DNA of 55,929 nt, counting the filler, from Dugesia japonica (lineage: Eukaryota): NCBI GenBank assembly GCA_001938525.1. It is 4 parts of 4 records of this genome, joined end to end, with 100 filler letters (N's around TTAATTAATTAA, not from the genome) between each part and the next. Parts side by side here need not be neighbours in the genome. Positions count along the whole stretch, not along the records: positions 15,784 to 26,455 come from MQRL01552032.1; positions 26,556 to 38,069 come from MQRL01631304.1; 2 more parts are not named here. One strand, given 5' to 3'. The notes under the pieces were generated by a model, which saw nothing but the letters and a program-made list of their open reading frames with translations, made no database searches and was not told where the DNA came from. This document shows, piece after piece, positions 25,100 through 36,366 of this stretch. The stretch's first letter is position 1; the number at the start of each line of letters is the position of its first letter. The position numbers were made by a program, and so were the translations under genes.

Positions 25100-26400
25100 A
25101 GCATTTGTTACTAAGATATTATTTTATTTGTTCCAGAAGCAGATTTTTGACTCTCCTCTACAGTAAAATAATCACATCAAGTCAAATTATAAATTTTAAA
25201 ATTTTGATTTCGTTTTGATTCTGAAACAAGACAAATTTGAACAAAATGTAAAATTGGCAGTGTTTCACATGAATATATATGGTCACTTCTCACATCTATT
25301 AAAGTTTATAAATTTAATAAAGCTCCTCTATACAAATACTCTATGATTTCACTGTTGTGGGTTCATTCTAACTTCAGACATTACAATTAAACAAGAAGTG
25401 AAACAAGGATATCCAATTTCAAAAATTCTATTTACTCTCGTAATCGATCCTTCAGAATTTTCTTATTTGATTGAGATTTTGTAAATTTAAACGCGTATGT
25501 TGATGATATAGCTTTGACTGCTATTAAAGTTGTCGGTCTTCAAACAATAATTACACAACTGTTCAAAGGGCTTCTGTAATTAAATTTGAAATCTGCCCAA
25601 AAAATGTGCATTTCACAGCCATTGGTCACTGTTAATAGTGGCAAAGTGATAAATAATATAAATATCAAGAATGCCAACAAAAACGAATTCTATCAATACC
25701 TTGAAATACTTGTTGGTGACAGAAAAAATCAATGTTCATATGAAATTATCGATAAATTAATATGTGCTACCAATGAAAATTGCAAAGTTTGATCTTTATG
25801 GATGGCAAAAGCTCAAACATTATAAAATAATCTTACAACTTAGATTAATATTTTCTTTCCAAACTCATGAAATTAAGTGTATTGCGCTCAGATATTCTCT
25901 AGAAAATAAAAATGTCTAATGGGAATAATACTTCTAAACTAAAAGAGTAACTTAGACGCATATGGAACCTCTTTCATCGGTTAGAAATATGTTTATTCTA
26001 TAATTTTAGAGAAAATAGTAGAGCCTGTACTGACATGCATGATAAATATCAAACTCAAAGCATAGTTCAATATTTCATATTTTTAACTTCGAAATATTAA
26101 TATACAACGAAAATATATTCACATTCAATCTGTCTTGCAGCAAGTGCTCATATCAACAAATCCAACATAACAAAAATACTTCCAATGAATTAACAGTAAG
26201 AAAATAGATTCTAACTCAAAGTCAAAAAAGACTCGGTTTTACCGTCTGAGAAATGCATTAGAATATTGGAGAAAATTTCACAATATTGGATATTTATAAT
26301 TGACCAAGAACCGATAAATAGCAATAATGTCAACAAAAAAGAATTCTATCAATACCTTGAAGTATATTGAATTTGTCATATTATTGGATATCTATAATTA
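25100..26400 (+). mobile_element. Highly decayed non-LTR retrotransposon RT (R2/NeSL-like)
   Basis: VKQGYPISKILFTLVIDP (GVKQGCPLSP.LF), NAYVDDIAL (YADD), FYQYLEI (YKYLG). Confidence 0.75.
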
Positions 26401-26455
26401 ACCAAAAACCGATATTACGCGTTATTACTAATTTACGAGGTATATATATATATAT

Positions 26456-26555
26456 NNNNNNNNNNNNNNNNNNNNNNNNNNNNNNNNNNNNNNNNNNNNT
26501 TAATTAATTAANNNNNNNNNNNNNNNNNNNNNNNNNNNNNNNNNNNNNNNNNNNN
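26456..26555. other. Artificial 100-nt scaffold spacer with TTAATTAATTAA linker
   Basis: Linker at 26500-26511, flanked by 44 N on each side. Confidence 0.95.
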
Positions 26556-26616
<61 letters not shown>

Positions 26617-27864
26617 ATTATTATTAGTTGACAGTATATTTCAACCAATCCCTTACATCAGTGATGGGCAACTAGTGTGTCTCTAAAAAAATTTAAAATT
26701 AAAAAAACTTTTCACAACGCTAAGCACACACATCGCATTGATTTTTAATCTTACTTAAAAAATAATAAGACTTTGTTTTTATGCTCTGTCATTTCCTAGT
26801 TTTTCTAACTTTTTTAAAAAGAATTTAAATTGTGAAAAAACGGATTGGTGTTTCGCGAAAAAAAATTTCCACTACTGTATTAGATAATTGTGACAAAATT
26901 CTAATATCGAATAGAAATACAATCAGATGATAAAAAACATTGAAATATAATTTCTTTACAAAACAATATGGTTAACTAAAATTGAAAAAATAAATAATCA
27001 TTGTACAAATTCTACAAAAATATCAAAAATCAAGTGTATAAGAAGCTTTAATTAAAACTTTTTTTAAAAGAATCGATTTTAAAAAATTTTTTTAAAATTA
27101 AATCTTACATTTTTTAAGTTGAAAAATAAGGTAAGTTGGAAATTAGGGTTTTTTTCAGCCAAACTTCTTTAATTCTGAATCAAATTCATCGGTAAATAAT
27201 GAAGAAATATAATCTTCCGAATTTTAGTAACAATTTCCTGAAGTAATAATTTGACATCAATTGCGTTTAAATGAACAATGTTATTATACAATTGATTAGA
27301 AAACACAAAAGTAATTTGTCTGTATTTAATGTGATTTAATCTTCAGGAAACTTCATCCCATTTGATTCCTTTGTTCTGCGCAAACACAAATGAATTAGAA
27401 ATTTTTAATGTAAAATATAAATACAACAAACTTGTTTGAAAAATTATAAATTCCTTATTTGTTTATTATATTCATTTTTCTAGATATTACTGATCAGCTG
27501 GCTGATTTAGCTGGCTTAACTGCAACACAAACCTCGCCAGAATCAAAATATTCATTATTAGGGTTGACTGGACCTTGTATTACCTTACTTGCTAAACCTC
27601 AGTTGTATCTTTTATGGTATTGTATAGTGTTATTTCTTCAGGTTATTGTTATCTATTTTATCAATAGTTTTATCAATTTCTCATAAAGAAAAATTTAATT
27701 TCTAATTCATAAAATAATTTATTGGTTTTTTTTGTTTTGTTTTAGTTTTTTTTTCAATAGTAAAATTTTCAACGATTGTCTTCTTTAAGGATATAATTAT
27801 TGATTTATTCAAGTTATTATTGAAATAAAAATAATTTTAGAATTTATATTATTTTAATAAATAA

Positions 27865-28440
27865 AATTAAACTTTATTGTTATATATTTCGACAGATCAA
27901 CCGTAATCGTCAGACAAAAATGAAAAAAATTATTTTATTCAATCTACATTATTTAAACAAAGATTCTAAGAATTATACTGAATATCACATGGTTATAATC
28001 ATAATTCTTAATTTTTAAAATTTTAACAATTTTCATATTGTTTTCTAGGTTTTTATAAGTTTTTTGTTTTATTTTTCAAAATAATTTTGAATTTTAATAC
28101 TTGAAAGATTTTGAAAAAATTTAAATACTTTTTAAAATTAAAAATTTTAAATATTTTTGAAAAACGTTTTTTTTTTGGTCTCTTCGATTTTTAGAGTTTT
28201 AAAATAGTAATTTTAATAAAATATTATTATAGAAAAAAATTTTATTAAAATATAAATTAACTTTTATTTAAAATTTAAAAAATTAAGAATTATAATTATA
28301 GCTATCTTATATTCAGTGTCACTGCTTGAATCTTTGTTTAAATAATAGACTGAATATACTCATTATTATTTTTGTCTGATCATGACGGCTGATATGTCGA
28401 AATATCTAACAACAAAATTCTATTTTAAATGGCGTTTTTT
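27865..28440. mobile_element. Second inverted pair of the Penelope-type pLTR repeat (family A hammerhead motifs at ~27877-27917 on - and ~28372-28413 on +)
   Basis: Same ~170-bp repeat as 21455-21630 and 22090-22275, again in inverted orientation. Confidence 0.7.
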
Positions 28441-28731
28441 AGTTAACATTTGCCTTCGTTTTTCACATTTTTATTTTATTTTATTTATGATTAATTTTAT
28501 TTTTAATTATCTTTACGAATATTATTTAGCATTTCCTACAATTGATTTAATTGGAAATTTAAATTAAGTGTAAAAAAGAAAAATTTATTAATAACCTCTC
28601 ATTTTATCTATATGAATTTCTTGTAAAGAAACATTATTCACAGAGCTTATAATAAAATTTATATTTTAAATGTATTTATAATACGTTTCATTTTAATATA
28701 TAGATGTTGGTTTATTTGAAAATAAGGTTAT

Positions 28732-29245
28732 ACTGGGTGTTCCAATTTAAGATTACATTTTAAATTTTCAATAAAAGGAGCTAAAGGAATGAAATGTAGC
28801 AATATATTTATTTACAATGATAGTACATATATTCCGGTTTAACAATGAAATATTATGTCATGCAAGTGACCTCCTGCTGCTTCATAGCAAGAAGTCATTC
28901 TTTTACAAAAGTTTTCTATGACATTTTAACACAAGTGGGCTTAGTTTCACCAATTTTATAGATGATGTTCTCCTTAAGATCAACAATTGTTTAAGGATCG
29001 CTAATATACACATGTTCCTTTAAATAACCCTAAAATAAAAAATCTAGAGGCGTTAGATCACAGGATCTGGACTGCCAATTGATGTTTGCATTTCGAGAAA
29101 TTATTCTTTCACCAAATCGTTCTCTTAAAAAGGTAATTGTTTCTTTTGTCACATGAGATGTAGCGTCATCCTGCTGAAACCACATGAGTAGGTGGATACT
29201 CGTGCACATGACCAGGAAGTGACGCAATCACCGTCAACGCCTCTT
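28732..29245 (-). mobile_element. Tc1/mariner-superfamily 3' fragment with one TIR
   Basis: WFQQDDATSH..ISRNANINWQSRSCDLTPLDFLF*GYLK; end sequence TA-CTGGGTGTTCCA. Confidence 0.85.
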
Positions 29246-29256
29246 TGTGTAAACAA

Positions 29257-29600
29257 CAAAAGGTGTGAAATCTCACACCTTTGAGGTCAATTTTCACACC
29301 TTAATGTAAACAATGGAAATTGATATTAAAGTGTGAATTTTCACACCTTTAAAATAAGCAATGACCTTAGGTGTAAACTTTCACACTTCAGTTGAACTCA
29401 AATTAATTTTTTTGTTTTAATTAACCTGACAAAAATCACACATTATTTATTTTTTTAAAAATTAAAACCATGGCGCATTGAGCATTATAAAATTCAAATT
29501 ATTTTTTTTATTGTTTAAATTAACATGAAAAACAATCTTACATTTTTTTAAAAATAAAATAGTTTTTTGTTTTAATTAACACGAAAAATTTCACACCTTA
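29257..29600. repeat. Dispersed array of GGTGTGAAA/TTTCACACC palindromic motifs
   Basis: AAGGTGTGAAATCTCACACCTT, AAGTGTGAATTTTCACACCTT, AGGTGTAAACTTTCACACTT, plus half-sites. Confidence 0.75.
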
Positions 29601-29651
29601 TTATTGTTTTATTAAAAATCAAATTCGCGGCTCATTAAGCATTATAAAATA

Positions 29652-29652
<1 letters not shown>

Positions 29653-29706
<54 letters not shown>

Positions 29707-29778
29707 NNNNNNNNNNNNNNNNNNNNNNNNNNNNNNNNNNNNNNNNNNNNNNNNNNNNNNNNNNNNNNNNNNNNNNNN

Positions 29779-29816
<38 letters not shown>

Positions 29817-29989
29817 TATATGATAATCATTATAATTACTACTTGTCTTATAATTTAAATAATCGTAATTAAAAAAATACAACTTTCAAACTTATATCAA
29901 CAATGAATATTATATTTTTTAATATGTTTAATATGTTTAATATGTTTATTCATTACTATTATTATCATTACTATAATTGTTATTCTTTA

Positions 29990-30056
<67 letters not shown>

Positions 30057-30272
30057 NNNNNNNNNNNNNNNNNNNNNNNNNNNNNNNNNNNNNNNNNNNN
30101 NNNNNNNNNNNNNNNNNNNNNNNNNNNNNNNNNNNNNNNNNNNNNNNNNNNNNNNNNNNNNNNNNNNNNNNNNNNNNNNNNNNNNNNNNNNNNNNNNNNN
30201 NNNNNNNNNNNNNNNNNNNNNNNNNNNNNNNNNNNNNNNNNNNNNNNNNNNNNNNNNNNNNNNNNNNNNNNN

Positions 30273-30333
<61 letters not shown>

Positions 30334-30335
30334 CT
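29653..30335. repeat. (ATT)n microsatellites around gaps
   Basis: Direct inspection; this is the source of the poly-I/Y/L ORFs in the track. Confidence 0.95.
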
Positions 30336-31679
30336 TCATTATTATTTCTGTTATTATTATCAGTATTATTGTTAAAGTCAAATAATCAAAATAAAAAAAA
30401 ACAACTTTGTAAATAATCTAATGTGTTCTTATTAATACGGATATATTCATTAAAAATATCAATATCTAATATTACTTTTATTATGGTTATTATTAATATG
30501 ATTAATATTATTATTATTAATATTATTATTATCATTATAATTATTATTAATATTAATATTTATAGGTTGATCACTATTATTTCTTCATATGCTTTAAGAT
30601 TTAAATAATCATATTAAAAAAACAACTTTTAAACTTATATAGACTATCAAAATAATAATTTCATTATTGTTTTACCATTAATATAATTGTTATCATTACT
30701 ATTTTAATCCTTACTGTTAATATTCTTGTTTACTTTAACAATCATAATAATAAAATATCATTGAAATTTAATAATATTAAAAATAATAATTAATTTTAAA
30801 TTTACATTAATTTATAATAACCGAAATATTAACAAAACAATATGAAAATTAAAAATAATAAAAAAATAATACTTTTATTATTTATGTCCATTGAATTCAT
30901 TTCGCTATGTTAATCATAAATTATATTTTAAAAAACGATACAAATACTTTTTCTCGTTAATGTTCGATCATTGTTTCCATTTTCAATAGTCTGTCTGATA
31001 TAGAAAACTTAACAAAATAGTTTTAAACGATAAATTATAATTTTTAAAAATACTTCTTTTCTATTTCTTCTTCATTGCATCTTTCCGATTCTAAAATTAT
31101 TCCTTTTTGATACTGGTAATGTTAATATACTTCAAACTTAAAATAACAAATAAAATAAATAAAAAATCATACTTTTTTCCACATTCTTCAATTTTGGTGT
31201 TCTTTCTATTGAAAAAAATATTAAATAATGAAAACTTTCATGACTGAAGTAGTTTAAATATTAACAAATTTCATAAAAAGATATTAACAAAACTAAAAAT
31301 AGAATTTTATCAATAATGTACTTTATATAATAAATGTGATTATGACTTAATAATTATGATAAAACATTTATATTTAAAAAGTTGAATATTTTATAAGTTA
31401 ATAATAAGGAAATTCTTTTGTATCTTTAATAAAAATTTAAAAAACAATTTTTGGAACTTTTTTTGATACAATGCACCCGCATAGTAATCCATATACACAC
31501 ATACATACTGAACCAATTACATACACACATATACCCAAATTCATGTTTAAAAAGGCTACAACACAAATGCAAGTTAAACACTGATATTGCACCACGAGTG
31601 CAGCTAGAATAAAATAGTAGGAGTCATACTTATGCAAGTTAACAAAGAAATACAGCAAATGCAAGTACTACTAAGCAAA

Positions 31680-32600
31680 AAGGGTTTATAAAGTGTTTTT
31701 GTATAATTTTGAAGAGTTAATAAGGCTTTTGCATAGTTTTCTTTATGTATTTTTATATACTTTTATGTGGTTTTATATGATTTCTATATGGTTTGTATAG
31801 TTTATATGTTATTGTAAGGTTTTTATAAGAATTATAGGGTTATTATTGAGTAACTATAATGTTTATATGTTTTTATATGGTAATTATATGTTTCATATGG
31901 TAATCATGAGGTTTTATAGATTAATTATATGCTTTTATATGAGCTCATTGATGAATTGTTTTAAATTGCATAGATTTTATGTAATTATTTCTTCGAATTT
32001 ACAAGAGATCCGGTAATTATTTCAAAAAGTTTACCGGAGATTTTGTAATTATTTCAAAATGTTACCAGAAATTTGATAATTTTTTCAAAATCCGATGAAA
32101 AACATAAGGAAAAAATTCAAAAATTTACTAGATGTTACCAGAGATCAGGTAATTATTTCAAAAGAGTAGCTAAAGGTCCGAGAATGTTTCTAAAAGGTTA
32201 TCAGAGATCTGGTAATTATTTTTAATCATTTACTCTATTTTTCTGAAACACTTACTAAAGTTATGAAGACCAATAAATTCATTAAATTCATGTAATAAAA
32301 CTAATACACTCAATGAAACAATTAACAGCATACATTAAATAATTATATCACATAAACGCAAATAATTCAAAGAAATCAATACATTTAATGTATAAAATAC
32401 ATTCATATACCTATTAATACGTTTAATCTATACAATTTACATAACAATTTATTAATAAAATAAACAAAATTTTATATGGTTCTATAAGATAATTATTGGG
32501 TTTTATTAGGTGACTTCGGTAGTTATATAGTTTTTTTAAAGATTTATATGGTTATTATAGGGTTTTGTATGTCATTATAGTGTTTTTATAGGATTTTATA
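31680..32600. repeat. Degenerate minisatellite arrays (~11-bp GGTTTTATATA-like; ~31-bp GAGATCCGGTAATTATTTCAAAA.GTTACCA-like)
   Basis: GTAATTATTTC recurs between 31981 and 32220; TTTTATAT(G/A) units at 31740-31940 and 32470-32600. Confidence 0.75.
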
Positions 32601-32896
32601 TAAGCAATTTTAATCAAATGTTTCGAAAGCGCATATATTTGTATGTTATCGTTACGAACCTAACATAGATGTCAATAGAGTCTATCAAAAAAAACCCAAT
32701 AGAACGTCATACACAGTAAACTAATTGAGTCTTAAACATACTAAAGCAATGGATATTATACATATAATACGCTCAATAAAGTTACTAAATTCATACATAC
32801 ATTAAACTCTGTTATATACTACATACAAGAAACCTAATATAGTTATTTAATACGCACGATAATCTCAATAAATTCATATAATACACAATTATTTAA

Positions 32897-33409
32897 TTGT
32901 GGATTTCCATTAATAATAAAAATACGGATTGTATCTTTGTTGATATAAAAGGTAGAGAAAATTTAACAAAACTAGAAAGTTTATTAGGAGATGATTTGTT
33001 TCAGATGAAAGATGAAAAGCCCAATTCTGAAATAATACAAGGTGATTTTTTAAAAGCAAAAAGTTATGGGTATTCTTTTATTGATAAAGGAGAGCTGATA
33101 TTTGATTCAAGAAATAAGGGTGTTCAAAAAAACAATAAAATTACGATGGAAGAATTTGATAAAGTTTTAAAAGATTCAAATGAAATAATTTATGGATTTA
33201 ATTATTCATTAAAACCTGAATTACATGAAATTCAATTAGTAAAACAAAATAAGATAGCATTAACAGGATATGATGATAAAATAATTATAGAAGATAATGG
33301 AGCAAGAACATGGGCACATGGAAATCAGTATACATGTGAAAAATGTGAAATTTGGCATTTGAGATTAGACTTGATAAATAAAACATTAACATATATATTT
33401 TTATTATAA
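32897..33409 (+). CDS. Protein-primed family B DNA polymerase, C-terminal fragment
   Basis: NTDCIFV (DTDS motif), QMKDE, FLKAKSY, KGV, HEIQLVKQNKIALTGYDDK.II...G..TWAHG: the canonical Polinton pPolB tail. Confidence 0.9.
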   Translation: MWISINNKNTDCIFVDIKGRENLTKLESLLGDDLFQMKDEKPNSEIIQGDFLKAKSYGYSFIDKGELIFDSRNKGVQKNNKITMEEFDKVLKDSNEIIYGFNYSLKPELHEIQLVKQNKIALTGYDDKIIIEDNGARTWAHGNQYTCEKCEIWHLRLDLINKTLTYIFLL

Positions 33410-33413
33410 TAAA

Positions 33414-33896
33414 ATGACTAGCAATCCATCAGAAGAAGAATTAGAGAAAATAGTAAATTCAAAAAAATGTAAATCTGTAAAGATTGATGGTAAAAATTAT
33501 TACATCAGTAAAAAAGTAAAAGATGAACTTAAAAAGCAATCTAAAGAAGGAGGATTTGCGTTTCTAGCTGCAATTCCAGCAATTATAACAGCCTTGGCCA
33601 GAACGGCCGGCATTTCATCTGAAATTGCTTCGATAGTTGCAAGCTCAAAACAAGCAATCAAAACACAAAAAGAAACTGAAATTTTATCCAAAGCAAGCGA
33701 ACCTAAAAAAGGAAAAGGCTTTTATTTAACACTTTATCAAGGCATGGCAATACATAAATATTTAAAAAATATCATTGAAGATCCTAACTTAAAAGAAGTA
33801 ACAAAAAAGTTTAAAGATGGAATTGAAATAATTCAACAAGGCAATGGATTATATTTAAATCCATTGCGCGTTGGCTGGCTAATTACAATTGTTTAA
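33414..33896 (+). CDS. Adintovirus/Polinton pX-like core protein precursor
   Basis: KEGGFAFLAAIPAIITALA..AGISSEIASIV (cf. adenovirus pX GG.LP.LIP.IAAAIGA.PGIASV), with repeated GKGFYL and GNGLYLNP motifs. Confidence 0.8.
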   Translation: MTSNPSEEELEKIVNSKKCKSVKIDGKNYYISKKVKDELKKQSKEGGFAFLAAIPAIITALARTAGISSEIASIVASSKQAIKTQKETEILSKASEPKKGKGFYLTLYQGMAIHKYLKNIIEDPNLKEVTKKFKDGIEIIQQGNGLYLNPLRVGWLITIV

Positions 33897-34865
33897 TTGT
33901 ATTTGTATACCTTTAATATAATATTTCTTTGATGTGTCGGGGGCTGGTGCCACACCTTTTGTGGTTTTTGTAATTTTCTGTATAAATAAATTACTATTAT
34001 TTTGAAATGAAATTTCTATTTCTTTAAAACAAATTAAAATATATCTAGGTTGATATNCAAGGCTGCCAATTTTTATTGAATAATATCCACCTGTTTCTAA
34101 ATTTGTTTTTCCTGTTATTCTATTTAGATAAGAAATGTTTATTGGTTTATTTGTTGATATTCTTTCTAACATAAATAATTCTGCTTTTGGTAATAATCTA
34201 TATTCTGGAATGTGAAAATCAAGTGTTAATAATTTTAATTTAGCTGTTGTATTATCTCCACAAAATAATAATTTATCTTCAATTTGTCGATGACATCTAA
34301 TCTCTGTCGATGTGTTGTATAAAAGTCGATTATAATTTTGCATGAATCCAAATAAGTTTTTTAATTGAAAGAATCCTTCAAATTTATTTGTGGCATAAAG
34401 GTTTTTTCTATTATAAAAACCTGTATTGCAATCCCAACTTTTTACTTCAGTGTCAACTTTATTTATATCTGGTAACCAGCCTGACAATTGTCCATATTCT
34501 TTTTTCCATGTTTCTGTTGTAGTTATTAAACTTAACATTGTAGATATTACACCTGGATCATTTATTGTTTCAACTTCTGATGAGCCAAGAAAAAATCTTA
34601 TCGAATTAAACAAACTTGGAAAACAATTATTTTCCAGAGTTATTTTATCTTTATCTTTTTCTGGAATTGTAATCTCAATTGTAAAGTATAATAGTGAATT
34701 ACAAATGTCAAGTGGATTTGTTAATTGAAGTGATTGAAAAACTATGTCACCATTTGAATTTAATTTATTTATTGTTCCTGATGATGGTGGAATTACAAGT
34801 GTATCATTTTTTATTGCTGGATGTGAAAATTCAATATTATTATCTAAATCTATCATCGTATTCAT
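33879..34865 (-). CDS. Double-jelly-roll major capsid protein, C-terminally truncated (328 aa open)
   Basis: LNSNGDIVF, TLENNCFPSLFNSIRFFLGSSEVETINDPGVISTM, GWLPD, NTGFYNR, LKNLFGFMQNYNRLLY and PRYILICF match the second Polinton MCP lineage (LN..G.I.I / NN....LF..I.Y.L.G.EIE....PG..TTM / PL..IFGF.EDY.K). Confidence 0.9.
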   Translation of the reverse strand: MNTMIDLDNNIEFSHPAIKNDTLVIPPSSGTINKLNSNGDIVFQSLQLTNPLDICNSLLYFTIEITIPEKDKDKITLENNCFPSLFNSIRFFLGSSEVETINDPGVISTMLSLITTTETWKKEYGQLSGWLPDINKVDTEVKSWDCNTGFYNRKNLYATNKFEGFFQLKNLFGFMQNYNRLLYNTSTEIRCHRQIEDKLLFCGDNTTAKLKLLTLDFHIPEYRLLPKAELFMLERISTNKPINISYLNRITGKTNLETGGYYSIKIGSLXYQPRYILICFKEIEISFQNNSNLFIQKITKTTKGVAPAPDTSKKYYIKGIQIQLNNCN

Positions 34866-34953
34866 TTTTTAAAGAAATTTTTTAGTGGTGTTTTTTTTTA
34901 TCTTACGTTACTATAAACCTTACTATAAACCTTACTGTAAGCCTTACATTACG

Positions 34954-35282
34954 TTACATTACATTACTGCATAATTTTTTCATATTAAGAATTAAATTTT
35001 CATAATTAATTTTTCTATCTTTCTTAGTTGGTATAACATTTAATTTTTTAATTGACACTAGTTTTTCAAATCTTTCAATTACAGAAATAAAACTTCCGTG
35101 TAAATTTCTTTGTATATTTCTAGATGGATCCCATGATCTCATGTTGTATTCAATGCCCCATTTCTTCAAATATATTTTTACTTTTTTTTATTTACATTAT
35201 GAAGTTTACAAAAATTTTGTATTGAATTAACTTGAAAATTATAATCATTTAACATTTTATAGAAAACTGAATTCTCATCCAT
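34954..35282 (-). pseudogene. Hypothetical viral ORF-B, copy 1 (MDENSVFYKML...KKWGIEYNMRSWDPSRN...), frameshifted
   Basis: Paralog of 36035-36366. Confidence 0.6.
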
Positions 35283-35283
35283 T

Positions 35284-35976
35284 TTATTTAGGTTTTATTT
35301 TAGTATATGCTCTTTCTACTCCACTAATTTCTTTTTGGGCTGGTATGCGAGTAAATTTTTCTCTTGAAAGATTTTTTAATTTTGCTCCTTCACTTAAAAT
35401 ACCAAAACGTTTTGCAGTTAAATTTAATTTTTTATCTTTATTTTCTGAATGACTTACTATAGTAATATCATCAATTGTTGGTGGTTTTAATTCTTGATTA
35501 TATTTTGTTAAAACTTCATTATGTTCATCTCTTTCTTTTTGCTGAGTAACACGCATTTCTTCAAAAGTGGCTATAAAGCCTTCTTTCTCATCATGTAATN
35601 NNNNNNNNNNNNNNNNNNNNNNNNNNNNNNNNNNNNNNNNNNNNNNNNNNNNNNNNNNNNNNNNNNNNNNNNNNNNNNNNNNNNNTTCTTCTAAATGCAT
35701 TTCATCTAATTTTTCATATAATCCATGAAGAAAATCTAAATGATGTTTTGCAGTTTCTTCTAAAAGTTCATAATTTAAATATTCTTTTATTTCATCTATA
35801 TTTGACTCATTACAAATGTCAAGTGGATTTGTTGATTGAAGAGATTGAAATACAATGTCACCATTTGAATTTAATTTATTTATTGTGCCAGATGATGGTG
35901 GAATTACAAGTGTATCATTTTTTATTGCTGTATGTGAAAATTCAATATTATTATCTAAGTCTATCATGGTATTCAT
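35284..35976 (-). CDS. Chimeric ORF: MCP residues 1-56 fused in frame to the ORF-A body
   Basis: First 56 aa are nearly identical to the MCP at 34865; from NESNIDEIKEYL onward it is homologous to ORF-A (ELNIDELKEYL). Contains an N gap. Confidence 0.7.
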   Translation of the reverse strand: MNTMIDLDNNIEFSHTAIKNDTLVIPPSSGTINKLNSNGDIVFQSLQSTNPLDICNESNIDEIKEYLNYELLEETAKHHLDFLHGLYEKLDEMHLEEXXXXXXXXXXXXXXXXXXXXXXXXXXXXXLHDEKEGFIATFEEMRVTQQKERDEHNEVLTKYNQELKPPTIDDITIVSHSENKDKKLNLTAKRFGILSEGAKLKNLSREKFTRIPAQKEISGVERAYTKIKPK

Positions 35977-36034
35977 TTCTTAAAGAAATTTTTTAGTCGT
36001 GTTTTTTTTACCTTACTATAAACCTTACATTACG

Positions 36035-36366
36035 TTACATTACTGTATACTTTTTTGATTTATTCATTTCTAATAAAAAATTATCAAAATTAATTTTCCC
36101 ATCAGAAAACTTAGAAGTTACAACATTTAATTTTTTAATTGACACTTGTTTTTCAAATCTTTCAATTACAGAAATAAAACTTCCATGTGAATTTTTTTGT
36201 ATATTTCTAGATGGATCCCACAATCTCCTGTTGTATTCAATTTCCCATTTCTTCAAATATTTTTTACTATTTTATCATTCACATTATAAAGTTTACAAAA
36301 ATTTTGTATTGAATTATCTTTAAAATATTCATTTAACATTTTATAAAAAACTGAATTCTCATCCAT
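36035..36366 (-). pseudogene. Hypothetical viral ORF-B, copy 2, one frameshift
   Basis: MDENSVFYKMLNEYFKDNSIQNFCKLYNVNDKIVKNI/LKKWEIEYNRRLWDPSRN... Confidence 0.6.

Noticed and set aside
27459-27686. Exon-like segment DITDQLADLAGLTATQTSPESKYSLLGLTGPC
   Set aside because: A plausible acceptor is present but there is no recognisable domain or partner exon, so it cannot be supported.
22285-30608. Poly-I, poly-L, poly-Y and poly-N ORFs in the track
   Set aside because: They are translations of (TAA/ATT)n microsatellites and N gaps.
8524-31680. Treating the two Polinton remnants as one large element or a functional pair
   Set aside because: They are separated by two artificial spacers and host DNA, with different MCP types and different decay levels.
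33500-35996. Opposite-strand ORFs 33500-33691, 34426-34728, 34694-34885 and 35748-35996
   Set aside because: They are shadows of the pX-like and capsid genes.
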